Shown piece by piece: positions 1-13,471 of a stretch of 64,000 bases of DNA. This DNA is from Botryllus schlosseri (Eukaryota), in the NCBI GenBank assembly GCA_051294905.1, contig CM119381.1, positions 21,080,001-21,144,000 on the forward strand, written 5' to 3'. Position 1 is the first letter of the stretch; each line of letters opens with the position of its first letter. A program made the position numbers and the translations under genes. The notes below the pieces were generated by a model, which made no database searches, was not told the origin of the DNA, and saw nothing but the letters and a program-made list of their open reading frames with translations.

Positions 1-869
1 CACTCGATGATAACAAAAATTCTAAGGCATGAAAGAACGTACGAACGAATATCGACACTAACAAGAAAACGATCAGTCAATGTTCAACTTGGTAGTGACT
101 TTCCGCTTTAGTAAGTTTACCAAAGCCACGAGGTCGTGCAAATAGGACAGGCGTCAATTTCTACATTCTACACATGACCGAGTGATCGCTATTACGACGT
201 TTGAAATTGGGACTACAAACAGTGAGATAGACTGATGCTAACAGAGGTCTTGGAGGGTCAAGAACCACGACTGAGCAGATTGGGAGTATCCGACTATATT
301 GATCAGTCCGGGGCGTCTCTAATCTGTATTGTCTAACCACAGAGTCGTAATATAGACAACGTGGTAATACTGTATACTTCAGGGGTAGACAAAAGTATAT
401 CTGTTCGACAGCAGATCGACGCAAATCGCAAAATTAATATACGATCGACACGAACATGGTATACCATTTTACACACAGCGGATTGATTACGCAGGTGGTG
501 ATCAGGTGTTGATCGATTTTTAATGAGGTCGGGCACAGGATAAAGTGGTTTGAGATTTAAATTGAATTTGCTTCACTGAAATACACAAAACAATACCACG
601 TTTTTAGGTATGTTGTGGACTTGGGTTGAGTAATGGTGTAAAAAGACGCTACTGATTCGAGTACCCGGTACTAGTGCTATATATCCAAGTCGTTGTAACT
701 TACTCCTCAATCGTTTCAGGTGAAATTACTTACTCTTTGCACGTTTGACTTTAAAAGCAGAAAGTAATTTTGTAATGAGTTTACCTCACTTTTACAAAGT
801 TATAAATCAGACCTACACCAAAATCCTACATTTGAATAACAGGATTATGCGAAAACAACAAGATAGACC

Positions 870-1049
870 CTACCCGCTTCTCGTAGGTCCCTATTTCGCG
901 TTATTCACGGTCTTTTTGGGTATTTTAAGCTAAAACGGAAGATAAATTCACAGAAAAGAGTACATTTATGTGAGGATATTTTCCGGGAGAAGGAGGACGT
1001 ACGCCAACCCCATTAGTATGAGGATCGATGGGGACATCAAATATATCGC
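870..1049 (+). repeat. Diverged dispersed repeat block X, copy 1
   Basis: Aligns by eye with 2691-2906, ending in shared gggacatcaaatatatcgca. Confidence 0.65.
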
Positions 1050-1099
1050 ATTGCCGTCACCCTTTACAGCCAGACTGTTTAGAGTCAATTGTACCTGTT

Positions 1100-1256
1100 T
1101 GATGCTGGTGTGATCAGACTAGATGACCTTCACGGTCTTATCGATCAATCCTATCTAATACCGAATACTGTGCAAGCATATTTTCTGTACCACCATCACT
1201 GCCATGTGTTATGTATTTTGGTTGGATGAAAATAAAGACTCTCTCTCTCTCTCTCT
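1100..1256 (+). mobile_element. Possible LINE/SINE 3' tail
   Basis: AATAAA (1231-1236) immediately followed by (CT)n; 5' boundary is a guess. Confidence 0.3.
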
Positions 1257-2690
1257 ATGGTCGTTACGCTACGATGAACAAACTTAAAGAATTAGTTTAC
1301 AGTTGTCTGTATCAGATACCTTCGAATAGCAATTCAACTGTTCTGTTGGATTGAGAGACATAACGTACTGAGAGGAAAATAATATTGTGTAGACTGGAGA
1401 ATAATGAAGATGCTCTCAGAAGACTTCAATATCGGTTTATACGCAATCATATGCTCATGTATGCGAAGCTAGTATTGCTTTTACATCGCAAATCAAAAAA
1501 AAGGATTCTGATATCAAGAAAGTATGCCAAGATCTGAAAGAAGCTCTACACCTTGTTCTGGACGATTAGTTAATGTGCTTGCCCGTTATTACTTCAAATA
1601 AACTGAACATGTGTATTTGTGTAAAATGTGTTATAAAAGTCAGTCTACGGAAGTGAATAGACAAGTATCGCAGCTGATTTGCGCACATCACACCAAAATT
1701 ACAAGCATTCGTACGACAAGTGAGCCCGTCAGTGAACCCTGTTTTCGATTGTGGTATGTGTACGTGGAAAAATACAGTACAATTACCAGGATTATATCAC
1801 ACCTCAAAATACTTTCGTGTCTAAACTTGTCGTATGGGTCAATCGAGGCGACTCACACAGATATTCCTAGTTTATCCTTGAGGACTGTATTACTGGTTAG
1901 TATTTTTATGGATGATTGACAACCGCTAGCTGTCGCTATTGCACCATTTACATATTTGTTATACAAGGGGGCGGGCAACTTCTTCAGTCGGCGGGCCGGA
2001 CATAAGAAAATTAGGTACTTGGCGGGGCGAATTGCTGAATCGATACATTATTCGCCCACTGATCCCCATATACGAGGGATAAATCGTATTTAATCAATGT
2101 ATTTTAACGACCGCAATCTCACTACAAAGCCATATCTCGCCGATAATGACGAGGACAATGTGGGTGTGAGAACAGCCTTGCTATACAGGCACCGCCGTGT
2201 TTCCTTCTCTCTAGTCAATGAACACACCGTTCAACCCATAAATAAGATTTACAAATTACTGGATTGCTTCGAAACTACCTTTGGCTCGACAGTTTTATGG
2301 GGACCTACTCTTTATCATTAGGATAGAAAGCGATTTCACGATACCGACATTTCTTTTAAACTACTTCTACTTGAGTACTTCAAAGCTATATTTTGTGCTT
2401 TCATTTGAAGCAAATGTAGCATGTGTTGTAAAGCGCTCCAGCTATCTCGATAACCTCGCCAGAATGCGTAGTCTCGTCTGGATCTGCAGTACCTAGTACG
2501 TTGTGTATACACAGAGAGGGATTGCAGTGGCGACTTGCTTCAGTCGAGTAACGGACGATGTCGATTTCACACGCATTCCAAAGTACATCTTGTGAGAATG
2601 ATGTACCACCACCCGGCTACGGCCCCGTATCCACGTAATAGCCTGCACAATACCATCATAGCGTCATTTTTTTCGATTTGGCTACCTAAA

Positions 2691-2906
2691 TACCCGACTT
2701 TCGTAATCTAGGCCTACATTTTGCGTTACTCGTGGTGTTTTTTGGCTATGTTAAGCTAACAAGGGGGACAAATTGACAGAAAGAGAGTACATTTGGTCGA
2801 AGGGGAGAACATATCTGGAAAATGGCGGACATATGCTCCCCTAAATGAGGCCGTATGGTAACCCTATTAAAGTAGGAGGGTCGATGGGGACATCAAATAT
2901 ATCGCA
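2691..2906 (+). repeat. Diverged dispersed repeat block X, copy 2
   Basis: Homologous to 870-1049; followed by block Y (2991-3063), which matches 1668-1735. Confidence 0.65.
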
Positions 2907-3769
2907 CTGTGTTGCTGTCAACCCGAAAACGCGAGTTTTGTCAAGTCGTAGATTGATGACTGACAGCGATTGTGTCACGGTCGATTGATCACAGCTGATT
3001 TACGTACACCACACCGCATCGAAATTACAAGCATTCCAACGACGAGTGATGAGAACCAGTCAGTGTGATCGCCGTTCCCGTCGAAAAAAATATGCAATTC
3101 TCTCTAATACCCCGCCGCCGACGGATGTATTGCTAACGTATTTCCAGACTCTTTGGACATGGATTATCATCCCCTGTTAGTGATCACCATGCTACAATAC
3201 TAACAAAAACAACCATGCCAAAGGAATCGTACGTGATAATCGTGTGAACGTGGTGGAATACCTCCTAATAATAATATGAATGAAATCTACATGGCTATAT
3301 CCCGTCGGGGTTGTTGACCGGTAAAGTTATTGTCATCGTTGTGTGATTTTTACCAATATACTCCTTGAGGTGCCAAATCTGATCGCACTAATAACACCTG
3401 TACAGACGAATCAAACAGAATTCCGCCAAAGGGGCGATACCAAGTCTCCGTGTACGTAAATTATTATACAACGACACCCATATTACAGCAGAACAATCTT
3501 GTCTGGACGGAGGAGGTGACGAAACATCTCCGGACCCGGCGCAGATTTCATCAGTTTTCAGCGAAGCCAGACTGGATGCAGCCAAATGGCCTTGAGAGTC
3601 GGATTTATGCTGTATTTTGCCCGTACAACATGTGGAAATAACAGGACTTTACGTGCTAGCCGGATTTTTTGGACTTTGATTTGGCAACCCGAGTCGGGGG
3701 TGGAGTCAGATTTCGAAATCTCTCGCTCATCTTTACACCTCACCGAAAGCAGGCTAGATCGCATCACGT

Positions 3770-4886
3770 ATGATCTGACACAATTCATCCCCCCATTATT
3801 GCACCACCGCAACCGAGCGTGTTTCAACAAAATAAGGTCGGTCCACTGATCCCCGATAAAGCGAGCTATCCCAGATTCGTCACTGTACAATTGAATCTTA
3901 CATTGTACTCGCAGTTACCGAGTTCGAACGGGAAATGCGAGGCTCAAAGGGGTGACACAGCAATTCTCTGACGGGGACACTCCCCCCGAATCAATATATC
4001 CGTAGTATGATGCCGCAAATATGCTTGGAGGTGTTGGCATAACATGTGTTGAGGATATATGATGCCGCAAATATGCTTGGAGGTGTTGGCATAAAATGTG
4101 TTGAGGATATATTTACGACACATACGCGAACACAGCTGATTGTCTGCAGCGAAATTTGTCGACTTCGAGCGACAGTGCGTGGCTGCCGAAGCAATATAGC
4201 CGTAGTATGATATTGTAAATATGTGTGGAGGTGTTGGCATAACAGGTGTTGAGGATGTTTTACGGGACACGCGGACACAAGTGATTGTCTGCAGCGAAAT
4301 TAGTCGCCCTCGAACGACAACTGCGTGGTGAGCTCGTGATCGATTGTGTATGTTACAGACGGGCAAAGCATTCGTTCACCAACAGATCGATTCAAGTTGT
4401 GCAATGTGCATCATGTACACTGTACAGCATACAAAATTAATATGATCTACCACAATTCATCCCCATTATTGCACCACCGAGCGCGTTTCAGCCAAATAAG
4501 GTCAGCCCACTGATCCCCGATGAAGCGAGCTACCCCGATTCGTCACTGTACAATTGAATCTGACATCGTACTCGCAGTTACCGAGCGGAAAATGCAAGGC
4601 CCGAAGGCGTGACACAGCAATTCTCTGACGGTAACACTCTGCCGAGTCAATATATCCGTAGTATGATGCTGCAAATATACTTGGAGGTGTTGGCATAACA
4701 CGTGTTGAGGATATGTTACGGCACACGTGAGTACAACTGATTGTCTGCAGCGAAATGAGTCGAATTCGAACGAAAAGTGCGTGGTGAGCTCGTGATCGAT
4801 ATGTGTATGTTACAGACGGGAAAAGCATTAGTTCGCCAACAGATCGATTCAAGTTGTATATCATGTACAGCATACAAAATTAATAT
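3770..4886 (+). repeat. Hierarchical tandem duplication (about 672-bp and 445-bp units)
   Basis: Units start at atgatct (3770, 4442) and end at catacaaaattaat; unit 1 has internal re-duplications of the ggaggtgttggcataa and gattgtctgcagcgaaat segments. Confidence 0.85.
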
Positions 4887-5404
4887 CCCGTGGTAAATTG
4901 AATATCATTTGCAGACACCGGGATGATTACGCTTGACCACCCGTGAAGCAGTAAAAAGAACCCATCATAAATACATTGTTTTGCTCGGGACTGTCTGTCC
5001 TTATGAATACGCTAGAACGAGGTATAAGAACGAGGCACCGATTACTAGGTACGTAATACCGGGGGTTAACATGTTGCTGCGAGCAAAATTGAGAATCAGC
5101 TATTTGCTCAATTACTTATTGTATTTATAATGTTAATTTATTTAAGTTAATCTATGTCGGGTCGCCTAATACACATTTCTACTACGACATTCATTCTCAT
5201 TCTCGATATGACTCGAAATGGTATACATATTTATAATCGTAACAGATCGTTTCTCGTTACTGTCTGGGTCGATAACAAAGCAAAAAAGGGTTCAAGTACA
5301 ACAGTACACAAGACACAGACCACAAGCGTCACTTTACATAGCCGAACGTATGGACACCTAAAACACGCACCAGGATCTCATGGATCAGAAGAAACTATAC
5401 TGAC

Positions 5405-5765
5405 GTCACGACCGGTAATTATGACCCACCGTACACGAAATTGAATCAACTGCGGAACGACAAGTCAACCAGCTTGACGCTCTATTGTTCCCGAGCCACG
5501 AAATTGGACCACGGAATGACAGGTCAGGGCCGGCAACTATGATCAAGCCTCGTCGTACACGACCGAAGTCAGCACCGGCAATTATTCCCATGCCCCACCG
5601 TACGCGAAATCGAGTCAACCACGGGACGACAAGTCAGCCAGGGGGTTTGACGGGGAATTATTCCCAAGACACGTCACGAAATTGGACCACAAAACGATAG
5701 GTCAGGACGATATGTCGTCAGGCAACTATTACCAAGCCCCGTCGCGTATGACCGGAGTCAGCTGT
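5405..5765 (+). repeat. Degenerate two-unit tandem repeat with sub-repeats
   Basis: ccaccgtac.cgaaat, acgacaagtca and cacgaaattggaccac each occur twice at about 170-190 bp spacing. Confidence 0.6.
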
Positions 5766-6362
5766 AATTTCATGTCCTTGACCAGAGGACGAGCGAGGTT
5801 GTTACGAGTCCAGTATGACACAGGCCGTGGACGTCGCTTTGCCCAGCCGAGCGTATCGTCGGCGTGCATACCATTGAAATTAAAAGCCGATCCATTGTTA
5901 TTCGAGGGAAAATATAATAAATATCAAATACACAAGTCTCGTGTCCAGAGGTCAAGCGAGGTAGAATCAGGAGTGGAAAAGTACAAGTAGAAGTACTCCA
6001 GTCTCATGTCTGAGTACAAAGGTCAATCCAGATTCTTTGTTCGTTTTCTCTCTAGCATTAATCCCCCTTTTTTTATTGCCGCACAGTCAGAAGGGAATTC
6101 CCCTCGAGTATTGCTGCAAAACTGAGAATGAGCTAATTCTTTCAATAATTATTATATTGATAATCTTTGTTTGTTTAAGTAAATAGGGTGCATGCGGGCA
6201 AATCTCACATTACTATAACTACTGACATGCCTAAATTGTTACAGCCAAAACTCTAATCAAGTAAATATAACGAACTATCGTTTGAGCTAGGCAACGACCA
6301 AAACGTCCGCTATAAGGGTGGCCTTAAGTATGATTAACGATTCTACGGATTTATTCCATAAT

Positions 6363-7346
6363 CAGTGGCGGCTCGTCCTATAGGGCAACTGGGGCATTGC
6401 CCCACCTAAAATTCTGTTCAATAACAATTCTTTACCATTTATAGACGCACCTATCTATATAAACCGAAATCACAGCGAAAATCGTATACTTCTTGTCCTT
6501 TCGCTTGTAAATGCCCATATATAGCGAAGTCTCTGCGAAAATCGAATTCTCTTCTGTGTTTTCGCTTTGCGAATGCCTAGCCGGGGCTTGCCCCGGTAGC
6601 GCTCATAACAAGCTTTCACTGTCTATTCTCTCAAAACCGCGCACAATAAAGAAACGGTGATTTACTCTCTCCTATTCATAAAATTACCGAGCAACCGGGG
6701 CACGATAGCTCTGTGCCCTTAAGGTGTGATGTAACAATCGTATCTATAGCTGAACTCTGTTACCGTCATATGCGTTTAGACGACCTTTGCTGGTATAGGT
6801 CGATTTTAATGGGGTTTCACACCATGAAAACTCTTGAAACTTGTTATGTCATGTCTTGATGGTGGTATTTAACACTGCCCCAAGTTTCAGGGTTTCTACT
6901 TAAAGTTTAGGGTAGTAATTCCGTTTCCGAAGTTGAGTGTGTGCTGATCCGTCATGTATCGCAAACAGATTTTACTCAAAAGCCGGTATTGATATCCATT
7001 GGTTTTGATGGTGTTCAATACTGAGATCGGTTATGACATTTGGCACGGTAATTCTTAATGTTAGTATCGAACGCTGTACCAAGTTTTAAGTTTGTCACTG
7101 AACTGTGTTAGTGGTAATTTCGTTTCCTAATTCGAGTGAGAGCTGACTCGTCATTTATCGCTAACAGAATATACGCAAAGCCGGTATTGGTGTCTATTGA
7201 TTTTAACGATGCTCCTTACCTAGATCCGTCATAAGCTTTTGCACGGTATGTCTTGATTTTAGTATCGAACGCTGTGCCAAGTCTCAAGGTTGACACTCAA
7301 TGATTAGGGCAGTAATTTCGTTATCAAGGTCGAGTATGGTAAAGAT
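6363..7346 (+). mobile_element. 3'-truncated copy of non-autonomous hAT element (CAGTGGCGGCTCGT family)
   Basis: Near-identical by eye to 40173-41159, including three about 195-bp internal repeats; no right TIR. Confidence 0.85.
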
Positions 7347-7560
7347 TAGGGATGGTGTGAACCTCTGAAAGGTTCAGGTTCGTGTGAACGCGAACCTTTT
7401 TGAAAGGTTCTGTGTGAACACGAACGTGAACCTCATGACGTCACGTGACGTCATATTGCTAATTCCAACCTTTCAATGAAGTGATACCCTACTAACGTAC
7501 ACGATACCTAGTGACGACTCGGGCTACATAATGCCACAATGCCGAAGTACATATTGGTGT
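7347..7560 (+). mobile_element. Left end of TAGGGAT-terminated MITE family
   Basis: tagggatggtgtgaac; same subterminal sequence at 34787 onward; that copy ends gttcacactatcccta. Confidence 0.6.
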
Positions 7561-9747
7561 TTTAAACGTCGCTGAGTGCGGAGATAATTAAGTTAGCTGA
7601 TTCGGGAGAATGCTAATCGTGTGATTAAATACTGCTAATCGCGACGCATGAAGTTGAAGGTGAAGAGGGTTACGCGCGATGGTTAGTCGCGGTGTCCCGA
7701 GTTTTCAATCAAGTGGCGTTATCTGTTGCATCATAATGCGAAAATGCGTTATATATTGGCTGCTAGTTGGTGAATAAAACTAGATATCCGACAATCTCCA
7801 TACTGAAACAGCAGGTTGCTAACGACGATACTGCCACTGTAATAGGTAGAATTATCATCATCGCGAAATGAAAGTCGTGTCCAATTAGTACGGTACAGCT
7901 AAGAAACGGATATCGCTTTGCAATGGCGGGTAGTCCTACATAATTCGTTGATTGTTTAGTGAAGCCATAACCTAGGAGACAATCGGCACGGTCATTATCG
8001 TAACTATCCAAAAAGTCTCAGAGCAGATCCTCACGAGGTGCAAATACGGGGTCTTTTTGGCCAAAAACTAGCCTCAGATATATTGGAATTCAAACAAGAA
8101 GTCCGTGTTAGATTATGATAGGACATTTCCCTTAATGGCTTACTACTCCTGCATTATCTCATAAATACAGGCACACAGGCAGCAATGCAAAAAGTAATTT
8201 GTGTTCACGCCAAACAGAACTTTTTCGAGCAGTGTTTCCCAAACTTACTTTTTTCCGCCACCAGCTCCCCCTGGAACCAAATAATGGAGTATCGACGCTC
8301 CCCATTTCCTTCCCTCGCCAAAATAATTGAATCAAAGTTATTCTTCATTTATTACAATTCAAGAAATGCATGCGGCTGGTGTATTGTCCTCATCCTCATA
8401 ATATTGGGTTTCGTTTTGGATAAGAACAACCTCAAATTTATCGTCGATTTAAGCTGAGCATTGTGGAGGGAATAGGGGGGGGGGAATACAACCAGACCCC
8501 AAACTGCAAGGGGGATATTTCTCATCGATTCGATTTTGAGCAAGAACAATCGCTGCGAGGTACAGTGAACCTTGGTTTGAGCTCAAAAGTGTTCTACAAT
8601 GTAATCAGTTCCTTAATAATTCGGAAATCTTACATAATGTATTGATTATCCAGTCTTAAATTTGAAATAGAAATCTGAAACAGAATTATAAAGGCCTTTT
8701 GCAGTTCTCGAAGAAGATTGCTGTATGCTTCTACGTCAATACTAGATTTATGATCAGGACAGGTATCAAGCTAAATTACGCGACTACGCACAACCGCACA
8801 CACCGAATCTGGGCAGTGTTATCTACACCTTGATTAGATTGAACTCATTACATAAAAGAGATAAATTCAACTCAATAAATGGATAGAATATGATGACCGT
8901 AAATTAAACGATATCCTTTCTCGCAATCAAATTGTCGTGCCAAGACTATAGGGTCGCAGCTCTGCAAAACTCCCACCCTTGTATTAAACAATGGATAGAA
9001 TCGCGCGATCGTACCACGGTGCAGCAATGAGAAATTGAGTCATCAAATACAGTACTTCGAAATTCTCCCTGCATAGCATAAAATGAACCACCCTTTATGG
9101 TGATTCTGTCGGCTGTTGCATTTGTCCAAATTGTTGGACAGACTGGACATTGGACAAGGATCTGCATTGTGGAGTAACAATGGACTTCTCCGGTATATAG
9201 GTGATTGAATAGAATCAACGCCCGGATCAAAAGTAAGTCGCCTAGACTGAATATTCACTGTTCACTGTGCTGCTGTAGTACATAGCAGTTGTATTCCAAT
9301 CCTATACCGCCCCATTTGTGCTCATCGCCCCCTATACCAACCAATTTAGAGCCAGCACCCCCAACCTCCCATTTCATGTCCAGTACCCCTTCCTGCTCGC
9401 CAAATCCCACAGGGGGCGCCGGCACCCACTTTGAGAATCACTGATTTAGAGGCATGCAACATCATGGCTATATGTACGCGGCAATACATGGCTATATGTA
9501 CGCAATATTTGACTCAGTTAATGCTAGACACAATGGTGTAAACCTAGATTCGACTTAAGCAGGGGACCCAAGGCAAAAGCAGTCGCCGCAGCTTGGGAGC
9601 ATTGCATCCGAGTCGGGGTCGTCATACATATAAGATAGTGATTCGTAACGTCTACTAATCTGCAAGCCTTTTCGGAACACCAATTCATGAAAACAAAAAT
9701 CCACCAAAATCCACCTCTAACTACACATCTAATATATTAGTTTAGAT

Positions 9748-12542
9748 CAGGGGTTCTCAAACCGAGGTAGGCTATGCGAGAGAATTTTCGGGGGTGCGTG
9801 AGCAACTTCACTTTTCAAGCACTGTGACAATTTTCTGCAGCAGCGTTGTATAGGCTGTAGCGTGTATCTCACAGGCTTGAAACAAGTTCAAGCTTACCAA
9901 ATGCAGCGTTTACTAAGGCTTAAGGGGGCACTTCTCTTAAGAAATAATTTTTATTGTTTTTTTTTTAATCGATCTAGAACGGAAACTTCACGCCCCTTCC
10001 AAATATGCCATTATTTTTATGATATTCCAACTCCTTCTTATCCAAAACTAGTTTCTTTTAGGGACCATTTTATTTAAAAAATAATTACATCCCAATTTTT
10101 GCTGCAGTCGTGTTCATTTTAATCCAACATTCGCGTTTGCTGGTGGAAATAGCGCTACTTGGAGAAATCCATGCTGTAGACCTTGAAATGAGTGTTCTAG
10201 CCTGTCAGCCTTCATAAACTTGACTGCTTCACAGATTCAGTAAACAGGCGAGGCGACGTTTTTTTTTTTTCATTTTTTATATTTGTTCACCGATAACTGA
10301 CAATATTGGGTAGTATTTATTGTATGTTTATAAATAAGTGTTCCAGCATGTCTGCTTTCATATACATGGCTGCTTCATTGATTCAGTACCAAGGAAATAG
10401 TCGAGATGGAGATTGTGTGTTTTTCTATTTCATCTTTTCTATTCACTGACTGATGACATTGATGACTGACAATATTTGGTAGTATTTATTGTTTTTTGAT
10501 AAATGTCTTGGATTGATTTTCATTTCTCACCATCAATATGCCTAGAATGAGTCAATCAAGGAAATTTAGAGTTTTAGAAGAATCTTTGTAATGAAACGAT
10601 GCATTGGTGGTTTCACCAAAACTGAAAATGAGTCATTCGTCGCCACCATATGGCCAAGGTGCCCGAAGAAAAGATACTTATGAACTATGGCAGTAAAACG
10701 TGCTGTAGCTATGTCCGTATTGAACTGGGATATAGGATGTAGTGGATTCTTGAGTGTTCTTGAAAGCCTAAACTGACCAGTAGGGCTGTTCAAAAATAAC
10801 CCTTTTTTCCTCAATCTTGCTGGATACGTGATTAAATCGTTAGGTTGCCTTAAAAAACGACGCACACAAAATTTGAAGTTATTCCAACCAATATTCGCGG
10901 ATTTCGTACAATTTGAAAATTTTTGAATTTGCCCAAAAATGCAAAAAAAAAAAATTGTTTTCAAATTTTCCTTCCAACCCAATGAAATTGTTGCGCTGTC
11001 TTCAAAAACGATGCAAAACAAATTTGACTCAATTCCAAGCTGTAGAAGCGGAGTTATTCAAGTTTTTCGATGATAATTCTGGGATGATCCACCAATCAAG
11101 GATAATCCCAGAATTATCAAAAAAAAAATGCAATAACTCCAATTCTACGGCTGGGAATTGAGTCAAATTTGTTTTGCATCGTTTTTGAAGACAGCGCAAC
11201 AATTTCATGGGGTTAGCAGAAAAATTTGAATTTGCATTTTTTGGCAAATTCAAAATTTTCAAACTGTACGAAATCGGCAAATATTGGTTGGAATGAATTC
11301 AAATTTGGTGTGCGTCGTTTTTTTTAAGGCAACCTAACGATTTAATCACGTAGCCAGCAAGATTCAGGAAAAAAGGTTATTTTTGGACAGCCCTGACCAG
11401 TGAACACGTTCACAAAAATGGAACTGGTTTGAAGGACGAAAATAGAAAGACTGCATCTCGACGCTCTTTTGCTGTGAGAAATTTAAGAGTTCAAGAGTCC
11501 TTAGTCAGGTTGTGTTATATATGGTTCACTGTGTGATGCAAATCAACTAATGTGGCCATTAATGTCATGAGCAGTGTACATATCCCTGTTTTTCGAAGTT
11601 GTGTTGGTTTTATTTTTTTAAACGCGTTTTTCTCAAAATATACTTTTTCTGCTCAAAAATTGTGTCTGCTCGGCACCTGCTTATCCAATTCATCTGAAAT
11701 TTTGCACTGATGATGGTTAGGGTATATATAATAATCCTATGGAGCAGTTTCTCAAAATTTTGTCCAGAGAGATTTTTACAGGGAAAAATATTGAAAAAAG
11801 TCAAAATTTAGGGTTCGCTAACAGAAATTTCATAAAACCATTTTTTGAAAATTCTTCCGTAGGTGTGTAGACATATGTCTGTACTATCATTCCACCAATT
11901 TAGCAAGGAATATATCAAGAGCCTGTTGACTTATTAGGATTTTCGTAGATTTTTGAGTTGGTGTTAATTTGGGGTATACCGATGGTTCAATAATAAAGGT
12001 CATATTCGGAAAGGAAATTTCCTTCCTTTTCCACCAATATATTAAACATAGGGCTTGCACCTACTTTTCGGGCGTTATGACCACAAACATGAACACCTGT
12101 ACTGTAAAATTGATTTCTAAAGAGAAGTGCCCCCTTAAAGTACTATGCTTTTACGTTGTCATGTAACTTTACTCGCCTAGCATTTACATTCACTGTGGTG
12201 AATTTCTATTTCTATACACTGTCGCAGTGATGAGAGTTACCATCATACTCCAGGTAAAAATAATCAAACCACAGGCTATGCCACACTCCAAATTTGGATT
12301 TCCTAATTTATATTATACGTCAACCTTGTTTACCACGTTTGCTTGCGCCACCCCTCAGCAGTTCAATCCACTCTGGTTGAAAACCACTACGCTAGCTGTT
12401 TTAACACAGATTGAGTCGTCATTTATTTTGAGGCAAGGAACGAATATGGAGCTAACAACATTGGTTATAAGGGGTAAGCGATACATGTCGATTCAAAAGG
12501 GTACAGGCCCACGTATAATTGAAAAAGGTTTGAGAACACCTG
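9748..12542. mobile_element. hAT-like termini bracketing a TE-rich block
   Basis: caggggttctcaaacc ... ggtttgagaacacctg; no TSD match, so the two ends may belong to different elements. Confidence 0.35.
10782..11394. mobile_element. 613-bp foldback/palindromic MITE
   Basis: Whole element is an imperfect inverted repeat (agggctgttcaaaaataacc ... ggttatttttggacagccct) with a loop near 11085-11100; flanked by direct gaccagt (7 bp). Confidence 0.9.
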
Positions 12543-12782
12543 ATTAACGATAACACAGATTAACGGCGCAGGAAATGTACTGTGGATCGACAGAGTTTTA
12601 AAAGTACAAAACCGATAAATAATAATTTTCACTCAAAGCGAAAACAAAATAACTCTCTTTTAAGGTATTGAGGTCGCTTTCGAGCCAAACAGTCACCGAT
12701 CTCATTAAATGCTCGCCACATCCAGATTCACGGTCTTTTCATTGTTACGACTTATTTGGCATACAGACAACACTATATGTAC

Positions 12783-13471
12783 TAGACATGGGCAAAGTGC
12801 GGCCTGCGTGTCAAATTCGGTCCGTGTCGCGATTTTGAGCGGCCCGCGAAAAGTTACTTGGAATTTAGACCATAAAGCCGACTTTTAAATGTTAATCCGT
12901 GGACTAAAATCATCGACTGTATAAACTGAACCGGACATTCGTTAACTATGAAGCCTGTTTATTAATGTGCCGCAACGGGGCCGCAATTACGAAACCTACA
13001 TACGTCATACGAGTAATCAAGGTTAAAAAAAACGCCGATGTAGCAAAGTGTGCCGTAACAATTTAAGTCACAAAAAGTCGCTCTTTTCTTCTTTGTTGCC
13101 ATTGTCTCATTTACACACTCCGTGCTTCAAATTGTTACGTGATACGTTTCCAAATCCCTGATTTGTAAAACAAGTCAATCGGCGCTCGTGATTAAACGAT
13201 GAGCAGGCGGGCATGTCAAAAAGGACAGTTGAGGGCGGACAGCCGGAATTCCAAGAAGATTCCGAGCACTATTTGTTTACTTGAGTCAGCGGTGAACCCG
13301 TCCTTTTAGCACTAGTTTGTAGCGAGCAAAACAGATACGGTACGATGAGAGAGCTAAGTAGCTAAATTAATATGTAACAATACCATATATCGATATAGTA
13401 ATTGCTTTCATAATCGACGATGTTGCGGGCCACAGAATAAGCGTCTGCGGGCCGCGTGTTGAGAACCCCTA
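12783..13471. mobile_element. hAT-type MITE
   Basis: Right end gcgggccgcgtgttgagaaccccta; body homologous to 61151-61810; no TSD found. Confidence 0.55.

Noticed and set aside
3944-4873. ORFs with repeated MPTPP motifs (140, 95, 123 aa)
   Set aside because: They reflect the DNA tandem repeat; frames are not conserved between units.
3770-5765. CRISPR-like repeat-spacer arrays
   Set aside because: Units are long and degenerate, intervening sequences are homologous rather than unique, there are no cas genes, and the context is a spliced eukaryotic locus.
9097-9177. Signal-peptide-like MVILSAVAFVQIVGQT as gene A exon 1
   Set aside because: No phase-compatible donor identified, no homolog upstream of gene B, and it would still leave the first CUB exon missing.
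10566-11280. ORFs of 151, 82 and 83 aa sharing SxNPMKLLRCLQKRCKTNLTQF on opposite strands
   Set aside because: Mirror translations of the foldback arms; no protein family recognised.
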